A DNA stretch of 63,803 nucleotides, the filler included, from an uncultured Methanosarcinales archaeon (GTDB taxonomy: Archaea; Nanobdellota; Nanobdellia; Woesearchaeales; B54-G15), in NCBI GenBank assembly GCA_964519225.1. It is 4 parts of 4 records of this genome, joined end to end, with 100 filler letters (N's around TTAATTAATTAA, not from the genome) between each part and the next. Parts side by side here need not be neighbours in the genome. Positions count along the whole stretch, not along the records: positions 57,144 to 63,803 come from CAZFJK010000029.1; 3 more parts are not named here. One strand, written 5' to 3'. The notes under the pieces are model-generated. The model did no database searches. It saw only the letters and a program-made list of their open reading frames with translations, and was not told where the DNA came from. Shown here one piece after another: positions 57,147 through 63,803 of the stretch. Position 1 is the stretch's first letter, and each line of letters opens with the position of its first letter. The translations under genes were made by a program, and so were the position numbers.

Positions 57147-58334
57147 ATGCTGGTCGGTGTTGTTGGAAAGACAAATACAGGAAAAAGTACTTTTTTCAAG
57201 GCAGCTACGCTTGCTGAAATAGAAATAGCCAATAGGCCATTCGTTACGATAAAACCACATCATGGCTGCGGATTTGTTAAAGTTGAATGCCCTGAAAAAG
57301 ATTTTGGTGTTAAGTGTAATCCAAGAACTGGTTTTTGCTTAGAAGGAAAAAGGTTTGTTCCAATTGATTTACTTGATGTTGCTGGGCTCGTACCAGGAGC
57401 TCATAAGGGCTTTGGGTTGGGCAATAAATTTTTAGATGATTTAAGACAGGCGGACGTTCTTATTCATGTTGTTGATGTTAGCGGCGGTACTAATGAAAAG
57501 GGTGAGCCAGTTAAACCTTTTAGCTATGATCCATTAAAGGATGTTGTTTTTCTAGAAAACGAAATCGACCTCTGGTTTTATGGTTTGCTGAAAAAGGATT
57601 GGCACAGAATTGTTAGAGAGATAGAACTGCAAAACGTTGAGGCAAAAGTGGCTTTGGCTGAAAAATTCTCTGGCTTGAAGATAAGTGAAGAAATGATTGA
57701 TGCTGCTCTGAGAGTAATAGACAAGAGATTATCTCGATTTGATGATGAGGACTTACTTCATTTTGCAAAAATATTGCGGAAAAAGAGCAAACCGATGATT
57801 ATAGCAGCAAATAAAGCAGACGTTGAGGGTACTGAAGAGAATATCAAAAGATTGAAGGAAAGATTTAAAGATTACATCATAGTTCCATGTTCTGCTGAAA
57901 GTGAACTTGCTTTACGAGAAGCAGCAAAGCACGGCTTTATTAATTATATTCCTGGAGAAAATGATTTTGCTATTGTTTCTGAAAATAAATTAAGTGATGA
58001 GCAGAAGCGAGCGCTGGCATTCATAAAAGAAAAGGTTTTACACAGGTTTGGAAGTACTGGCGTTCAAGCAGTTATTGATGCTGCGGTTTACTCCCTGCTC
58101 AAGCAGATGGCCGTTTTTCCAGTTGCAACAAGACAGCTTAGTGATAAAGAAGGAAATATTTTGCCTGATTGTTTCATTGTTCCGCAAGGAATGACTGCAG
58201 GAGAATTCGCCTTTAAGATTCATACTGACATTGGTAAGAATTTTATCAAAGCGTACGATTTGCGAACCAAAAAGTTCGTTGGGAAGGATTACCAGTTAAA
58301 TCACAAAGATGTCATACAGATAATAACAAAGTAA
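57147..58334 (+). CDS. Archaeal YchF/OBG-family GTPase with TGS domain
   Basis: GKTNTGKST, RPFVTI, DVAGLVPGAH.G.GLGNKFL, NKAD, IHTDIG. Confidence 0.93.
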   Translation: MLVGVVGKTNTGKSTFFKAATLAEIEIANRPFVTIKPHHGCGFVKVECPEKDFGVKCNPRTGFCLEGKRFVPIDLLDVAGLVPGAHKGFGLGNKFLDDLRQADVLIHVVDVSGGTNEKGEPVKPFSYDPLKDVVFLENEIDLWFYGLLKKDWHRIVREIELQNVEAKVALAEKFSGLKISEEMIDAALRVIDKRLSRFDDEDLLHFAKILRKKSKPMIIAANKADVEGTEENIKRLKERFKDYIIVPCSAESELALREAAKHGFINYIPGENDFAIVSENKLSDEQKRALAFIKEKVLHRFGSTGVQAVIDAAVYSLLKQMAVFPVATRQLSDKEGNILPDCFIVPQGMTAGEFAFKIHTDIGKNFIKAYDLRTKKFVGKDYQLNHKDVIQIITK

Positions 58335-58348
58335 GAACGTAAAGGTTT

Positions 58349-58732
58349 TTATTCTTCTTTCTTCTCTTTTGAAAAAGCAGAAATCAAATCTATTATGTAT
58401 TTTCCTTCTCCTATCTTGAAGACGATCGGTTCTTTTTTGAAAAGATGGACGAGGTCAATCTCATATTTTCCTGGTTTTGTAACGCGAATGCTTTCAAGAT
58501 CAAGGATTACTGGTTCTTCTTGTTCTGGTGTTATACCGAGCACATCAAACACGTCTTTTTCTATTTGTTTTTTCTCTTCTTCATTAAGATTAGAAGTAAT
58601 CCGTTGCATTGCCTCGAGCTTTTCCTTCTTAATAAAGAAAAATAGCTTTCCACCGCAGTTAGCGCAGCCCTTCAAAATAGTTGCATCACCATCATCGTAA
58701 AGAGTTCCGCATCTGACGCATTGGTGGGGCAT
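58349..58732 (-). CDS. oapC: OapC/ArvC Zn-ribbon protein (DUF2072)
   Basis: MPHQCVRCG...ILKGCANCGGKLF; ESIRV..PGKYEIDL..L; EGKYII. Confidence 0.9.
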   Translation of the reverse strand: MPHQCVRCGTLYDDGDATILKGCANCGGKLFFFIKKEKLEAMQRITSNLNEEEKKQIEKDVFDVLGITPEQEEPVILDLESIRVTKPGKYEIDLVHLFKKEPIVFKIGEGKYIIDLISAFSKEKKEE

Positions 58733-58735
58733 TCT

Positions 58736-59152
58736 TTATCTTTTTTTATTGTTCCGTCTTTTGTTCCTTTTGTTTTTTTGATTTGTTTTTTCTAACGTCA
58801 GCAATTCTATTTTATTTGGGTCTTTTTTAATCTGTTTCACTATATTTGCAGGACCGATCACTGTAAATCCTGTCCTATTTCCAAGCAAAGCATTTATAAT
58901 CCTGTTTTTGAAGCGTTTAAGTCCGGTTAAATTTTCTATTGTTGGATTTATCACAGCAAGTTCTATACCTTTAAAATCCTCATTTATTTCTTCCATTGTT
59001 GCTTTGATTAACTCTGCTTCTTCTTCTTTTTTCAATCTGCCTTGAAGCAAAACGATCTTATCCTCTTTTGCAAGATTGAGTAGTTTTCTTATTCTTCCGA
59101 CTGAGCTAAGCGCCATGATTTCTTCGTAAGGAACAATTTGGAGCATTACCAT
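58736..59152 (-). CDS. oapB: OapB/ArvB protein (DUF2073)
   Basis: IVLLQGRL..EEEAELI..TM.EI...FKGIE, GFTVIGPAN. Confidence 0.9.
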   Translation of the reverse strand: MVMLQIVPYEEIMALSSVGRIRKLLNLAKEDKIVLLQGRLKKEEEAELIKATMEEINEDFKGIELAVINPTIENLTGLKRFKNRIINALLGNRTGFTVIGPANIVKQIKKDPNKIELLTLEKTNQKNKRNKRRNNKKR

Positions 59153-59162
59153 TTTTATTCTT

Positions 59163-59789
59163 TTATTTTACGAGCTTGAATAGTGCTGAGTAAAAATTGT
59201 CTATGTTTTTGCCATATTTTGCACTTATGCCAATAACAGGATATTGAGGAAACGCTGCTTGTACCTTTTTGATGTTCGCCTTCTTTAGATCGGTTTTGTT
59301 TGCTGCTATCAACACAGGAATGTTTCTTGCTGCCAGATTACCTAAAATTGTAATGTTTACTTGGTTGTATGGATCTTTAGTTGAATCGAGAACAACTATA
59401 ACAGCGTCCATTTCATCGAGCCATTTTATTGCATCGATTACTCCTTTGGTTGCTTCCTTGGCTCGCTTTTTAGCTTCTTTTTCTGGCAATCCCGCTTTAA
59501 TAAAATCTTCAAAGTCTATTTTCGTAGCTATGCCTGGAGTATCAACAAGGTTAAATTGAAGTGTTTTTCCTTTATGCTCAAGTTTTATTTGTTCTTTTAT
59601 CTGTATTTCCCTTGTTTCGTGAGGTATTCTGCTAACTTGGCCCATTTCTTCGCCGAGCCAATCGATGCATATTTTATTTGCTAAGGTTGTTTTTCCGGCA
59701 TTCGGCGGCCCATATAAACCTAATTTTATAGAATCCCGACGTGAGAACCATCCGAAAAGGAATCTTCTCAACAATGCTAAGATACTCAT
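59163..59789 (-). CDS. oapA: OapA/ArvA Era-like small GTPase
   Basis: GLYGPPNAGKTTLAN, PHETR, DTPGIAT, RAKEATKGV, DPYNQVN, NKTD. Confidence 0.92.
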   Translation of the reverse strand: MSILALLRRFLFGWFSRRDSIKLGLYGPPNAGKTTLANKICIDWLGEEMGQVSRIPHETREIQIKEQIKLEHKGKTLQFNLVDTPGIATKIDFEDFIKAGLPEKEAKKRAKEATKGVIDAIKWLDEMDAVIVVLDSTKDPYNQVNITILGNLAARNIPVLIAANKTDLKKANIKKVQAAFPQYPVIGISAKYGKNIDNFYSALFKLVK

Positions 59790-59839
59790 TGCATCCCCTC
59801 TTTTTTCTTTTTGACTAATTTAGGTTTATTTAAATTTTA

Positions 59840-60991
59840 TTATGATTGAATTTTCAAACATTCATTAACCAAATTTTTTACTCGCTCTATGTCATCTTTT
59901 GTTACTTCTTTTCTACTTTCTATTAATGCTGATGCACCGCACAGCCTCACCAAGCCAACAACGAATCTTGGAGTTATTTTTGTTACGAATTGTTTTTCAT
60001 TCAACTTTAGATGTTTTACAAAATCAACTATTCTTCGCTTGTTTGCTTCTGTAAAGCGAGGTTCTTGTGGCATGTTTGCCTGAATCCATTTTATGTATTC
60101 GCTAATAAAAAATTTATCTGCTGCTGTTATGCTCTTTGTTTTTTTCTCGATCACATGTTCTGTTATTTCCATAAATCTTTTAACGCTCGGTTTTTTAATT
60201 ATAAATATAAAATGAAATCTTGAAAGGAGTGCTGACTCAAAAGGCATTTGCTTTTTAATGGCTTCAATTGACGTGCCTTTAAATTCATCGTGGGTTGGAT
60301 TTGCAGTAGCGAGAATTTTTACCCTGGCATCGAATTTGAAATGTTTTCCACCTTTATCATAAGTAACAAAGCCTTTCTCCATCGCATTATAGAGACCTGC
60401 ATAATCCTCTTTTCGCATTAGATTAAGCTCGTCGATTACGCATAAGCCGTCATTAGCCATAGGAAGTAGGCCAGGAATTACTTCATTGCCTTTTACAGTG
60501 ACTACAAGACCAGCACCACTCGTTCCACTACCAAGACCATAGGCTGAGATAGGAGCAAGTTCTGAAGCAGATCTTGCTATGTCTGTTTTGCCAGTTCCGG
60601 GATCGCCGATCAAAAGCAAATGGATTGGTTGCTTTGATACAAGCTGCAATGCTATTGCTTTTTTTATTGCATCATAGCCGGAGATTTGCGGAGCTATTGC
60701 TGTTGATATCTTGCTTAGTGCTGATTCTGAGAAAGATTTGAATTTTTCTTCGAATACATATTGCTTTAATTTGGTGTTTATTTCGTGTATCTTTTCTTGA
60801 TATATTTGTGTTTGTTCATCATGTTTAAGCTTCAGCTGGAATATGCTAAAGGATTCTATTATTGTGGTGTTATATGTTACGCGTATCAAAGAAGCGACTT
60901 CCTTCTTAAGAAGTTTTTTGACGAGTTTTTGTTCCTTCTTTTCGAGCGCTTTTTCAATGCTTTCATCTAATTTTATTTTTTTAAAGAACAT
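59840..60991 (-). CDS. Stand-alone MCM-type AAA+ ATPase lacking the MCM N-terminal domains
   Basis: IAPQISG, GDPGTGKT, GTSGAGL, CVIDE, AMEKG, ATANP, LLSRF, ITPR. Confidence 0.88.
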   Translation of the reverse strand: MFFKKIKLDESIEKALEKKEQKLVKKLLKKEVASLIRVTYNTTIIESFSIFQLKLKHDEQTQIYQEKIHEINTKLKQYVFEEKFKSFSESALSKISTAIAPQISGYDAIKKAIALQLVSKQPIHLLLIGDPGTGKTDIARSASELAPISAYGLGSGTSGAGLVVTVKGNEVIPGLLPMANDGLCVIDELNLMRKEDYAGLYNAMEKGFVTYDKGGKHFKFDARVKILATANPTHDEFKGTSIEAIKKQMPFESALLSRFHFIFIIKKPSVKRFMEITEHVIEKKTKSITAADKFFISEYIKWIQANMPQEPRFTEANKRRIVDFVKHLKLNEKQFVTKITPRFVVGLVRLCGASALIESRKEVTKDDIERVKNLVNECLKIQS

Positions 60992-61085
60992 GGACTCATA
61001 AAGAATTTATTGATTAAAAAATATTTTGTTTTTTTGGATAGGTTTAAAAATATAGAAAGAACTTAATGATAAAAGAGGTGATAAA

Positions 61086-61847
61086 ATGAAAGCTATTTGG
61101 AAGGGCGCTATCGCTTTCGGACTTGTTAATATTCCTGTTAAGCTTTATTCTGTCGCTGAACCTAAAGCGATAAGTTTTAGATTGCTTTGCGGGAAATGTC
61201 ATTCACCATTGCGCTATAAAAGATGGTGTGACAAATGTAAAAAAGAGGTTAGCTGGGAAAACGTGGTTAAAGGGGTTGAATATGCAAAGGGAAAGTATTT
61301 TGTCGTTACAAGAGATGTGTTGAAAAAATTAAGGCCTGAAAAGAGTGATTTAATTGAGATTATGTTTTTCACTGATAAGGGAAGCATAGATCCAATTTAT
61401 GTAGGCAAGAGATATTATGTTGTTCCTAATAAAGCTGGCGAAAAGGCGTATTTTCTCCTGAAAGAAGTTTTGCAGGCAACAGCTAAAATAGCAATTGGAA
61501 AATTTGTCATGAAAGAGAAACAGTATCTCTGTGCGATTGAAAGCTATAAGCAGGGATTGCTTTTAACAACACTAAACTATGCTTATGAAGTTAGACCCAT
61601 TGATTTGATTGAAGAATTAAAAGTTTTGCCAAAGCTCGGAAAAAAAGAACTTGCGTTGGCTAAAGAACTGATAAAGAAATTATACGAAGAAGAGTTTGAC
61701 ATTAATGCTTTTAAGGATGAGTTCGCTGAAGGGCTTAAGGAGCTTATTAAAAAGATGATTAAAGGAGAAAAAATCAAAGTGAAGAAAAAAGAAAAGAAAA
61801 AGAAACTTACGCTTGTTCAGGCTTTAAAGGCAAGTATTGGTAAATGA
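61086..61847 (+). CDS. ku: Ku protein (prokaryotic NHEJ type)
   Basis: AIWKGAIAFGLVNIPVKLY, VKGVEY, YYVVP, AY.LL, L.YAYEVR, L..ALKAS. Confidence 0.95.
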   Translation: MKAIWKGAIAFGLVNIPVKLYSVAEPKAISFRLLCGKCHSPLRYKRWCDKCKKEVSWENVVKGVEYAKGKYFVVTRDVLKKLRPEKSDLIEIMFFTDKGSIDPIYVGKRYYVVPNKAGEKAYFLLKEVLQATAKIAIGKFVMKEKQYLCAIESYKQGLLLTTLNYAYEVRPIDLIEELKVLPKLGKKELALAKELIKKLYEEEFDINAFKDEFAEGLKELIKKMIKGEKIKVKKKEKKKKLTLVQALKASIGK

Positions 61848-61876
61848 GAACGGCTATAATAAGTTTGCATCGAAGA

Positions 61877-62251
61877 TTAGAAAAGCTCTTTTCTGACATC
61901 TACGATTTTTACGCGATCTTTGTACTTTATGTATATGACTTGATCACCGACCTTGGCATTGTTCTCTTTTAATAGGTTTAAATCAAATTCAGCTTCATAG
62001 GAATCGTAGGTTTGATCATCAATAATTACAGCATGTTTCTTTTTTAGTTCGATAAGTTGAGCAACGCCACGTTTGAATGGTAGATCCACTTCTTTATCAC
62101 ATGGTTCATTTAACTTGTATTGTTTACCTGAAAATATACCTTCGGCTAACAAAATTACTGAATTTTCTTTCAATTCGACGTTTTTTACGACGCATGGCTC
62201 GTCCGAATGGACTATATAGTATCCTCGTTTTACGTCTTTCAATTTGACCAT
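61877..62251 (-). CDS. aIF5A/EF-P-like paralog lacking the hypusine loop
   Basis: VKRGYYIV..DEPCVV, GIFSGK, AQLI, IDDQTY, VGDQV follow the IF5A SH3+OB layout; no GKHG. Confidence 0.75.
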   Translation of the reverse strand: MVKLKDVKRGYYIVHSDEPCVVKNVELKENSVILLAEGIFSGKQYKLNEPCDKEVDLPFKRGVAQLIELKKKHAVIIDDQTYDSYEAEFDLNLLKENNAKVGDQVIYIKYKDRVKIVDVRKELF

Positions 62252-62390
62252 TAGAACATCACAAGAATATATGACAAAAGAGTATTTAAAATTTTCCGAT
62301 TAAATCAAAAATCTCTCTTTTGACATTTTAACTTAAGCTTAAACTAAAAATTTAAAAATGTAATGAACATTAAAGGATTGGGGTGGTTAA

Positions 62391-62621
62391 ATGTTAGCAT
62401 ACGTGTTAATTGCGCTAAAAACATGCGATGAAAGTAAAGTGTTGGATAGCCTAAAACAATTGCCTGAAGTAGAGGAAGCGCACGTTCTTTTTGGTGAATG
62501 GGATATTATAGCAAAAGTGAATGTTAACGGCACAGAGGACTTAGCAGCATTTATGATTGAAAAAGTGAGAACTCTGCCTGAAGTTAAGCTTTCAAGCACA
62601 ATGATTGTAGCTAAAAGTTAA
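62391..62621 (+). CDS. Lrp/AsnC ligand-binding (RAM) domain protein
   Basis: AYVLI...LPEVEEAHVLFGEWDIIAKV...T.IV; no HTH. Confidence 0.9.
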   Translation: MLAYVLIALKTCDESKVLDSLKQLPEVEEAHVLFGEWDIIAKVNVNGTEDLAAFMIEKVRTLPEVKLSSTMIVAKS

Positions 62622-62623
62622 TC

Positions 62624-63076
62624 TTAGATGATTAAAGCAAAGAAAAAGAGGATAATCACCAAAACGAGGTCTAAAAGAATTTCGTGCAGTGTTGGCGCAA
62701 ATAAAAGCCCAAACCATTTTGACTTCTTTTGAATTTCTTTTGGCTTGAAATGCACGTAGTCTAGAAACATATGAGTATAGTAAGCTATTGCTATAGCAAG
62801 GGCAGTAGTGCTATTTAGAAATGCAATGAAAAAAATTAGGCCTGAAACCACAAGAAAGCCAGGTAGATGATGAATAAATGTTCTTTCGTGTTCCTTTCCT
62901 AGTACAGCATTATTCCAGCAAACTCTGAAATTAGGATTTTTCTTTTTTACAAGATGACACAAGAAATGGTCTAAATCGAGTAATACAGAAAGAATTGCAA
63001 TGATAACAGCGTATTCAAAAGGAAACAAAGTATAAGCAAATGCCAAAGTAAAAAGGAAGTGGGTTAGAGGGTACAT
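62624..63076 (-). CDS. Membrane metal-dependent hydrolase (YdjM-like)
   Basis: TH, LLDLDH, RTFIH, THMFLD. Confidence 0.78.
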   Translation of the reverse strand: MYPLTHFLFTLAFAYTLFPFEYAVIIAILSVLLDLDHFLCHLVKKKNPNFRVCWNNAVLGKEHERTFIHHLPGFLVVSGLIFFIAFLNSTTALAIAIAYYTHMFLDYVHFKPKEIQKKSKWFGLLFAPTLHEILLDLVLVIILFFFALII

Positions 63077-63079
63077 TTT

Positions 63080-63803
63080 TTAAAGAAACAAATTTTGAAA
63101 ATTCATAAAGATTGCGTTTGCTGTTTCTTCTTCTGTAAATCCTTTTATTTTTGCTATTTGTTTTATTGTTTCGATTACATAAGGTGGTTCGTTTCTTTTT
63201 CCTGGATACGGGCTAAGGTATGGGGCATCTGTTTCTGTGAGAAGTTGAGTTATCGGTACGATTTCTGCCATTAGTTGAAAGTGCTGAAGTCTTACAATGA
63301 TCGGAGGTATGGAAAAATAATATCCTTTATCTGCTGCTTTTCTGATGAGATGTTTTCTTCCCATAAAGCAATGGAGAACAACTTTTTTTAGCGAAGATGA
63401 AAAAAGCATATCCATCACATCGAATTCTGCTTTTCTGCTGTGGACAATAAGGGGTTTTTTGATGCGTTCAACGAGCTCTATAACGCGTTGGAAAACATTT
63501 TTTTGTTTTTCTGCATGTTCCTTTCCAAACTTGTAATCAAGACCGCATTCACCAACAGCTATGATGTTGTTTTTTTGCTGTTCAATAAATTCAAGCTCAT
63601 CATCAACGTCGATTGGTTCTAAGTCACGTGCTAAGCCACCTTGTTTAAGCTCTTCTGCCAGAGCATCTATTGGATAAAGGCCAAGAGAGGCATGAACAAT
63701 GTCAAATTGCTTTGCCAGTTCCAAGGTTTTCCTGTTTGCTGTTGTATTCACGCCGCTGGTAATGATATGTTTAACGCCGAGTTCTTTCCATCTTGGAATA
63801 AGT
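63080..63803 (-). CDS. TatD-family nuclease (5' end outside window)
   Basis: VGECGLDY, IVHSR, LHCF, LTETDAPY, NEP. Confidence 0.93.
   Translation of the reverse strand, partial: LIPRWKELGVKHIITSGVNTTANRKTLELAKQFDIVHASLGLYPIDALAEELKQGGLARDLEPIDVDDELEFIEQQKNNIIAVGECGLDYKFGKEHAEKQKNVFQRVIELVERIKKPLIVHSRKAEFDVMDMLFSSSLKKVVLHCFMGRKHLIRKAADKGYYFSIPPIIVRLQHFQLMAEIVPITQLLTETDAPYLSPYPGKRNEPPYVIETIKQIAKIKGFTEEETANAIFMNFQNLFL

Noticed and set aside
58349..59789. oapABC as a marker of an adjacent replication origin
   Set aside because: No cdc6/orc1, ORB repeats or sizeable intergenic region next to it.

Overview
AT-rich, gene-dense archaeal sequence, most consistent with a DPANN lineage (Woesearchaeota-like). 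This is inferred from gene content: aRF1, Pelota, PCNA, NAC, Sec61beta, archease, ACD, class III pilins and BHB tRNA introns. The window is four contigs joined by 100-nt N linkers containing TTAATTAATTAA (21704-21803, 26764-26863, 57044-57143), so adjacency across linkers means nothing. It holds housekeeping genes, RNase P RNA, six tRNAs (two with T-loop 59/60 introns), several toxin-antitoxin modules, surface proteins and a glycosylation island. Most notable: (1) a 500-aa HTH+LAGLIDADG intein at the catalytic GGQ|S of aRF1; (2) two apparent internally duplicated pseudo-dimer enzymes (AdoMetDC-like and PurM-like) with catalytic motifs split between copies; (3) an IF5A paralog missing the whole hypusine loop; (4) a stand-alone MCM-type AAA+ gene directly upstream of oapABC/arvABC, with Ku divergent; (5) an outer-membrane-beta-barrel-like protein paired with a lipoprotein; (6) an unannotated 38-aa histone-H1-like peptide. 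All calls come from reading motifs by eye; no searches were run.
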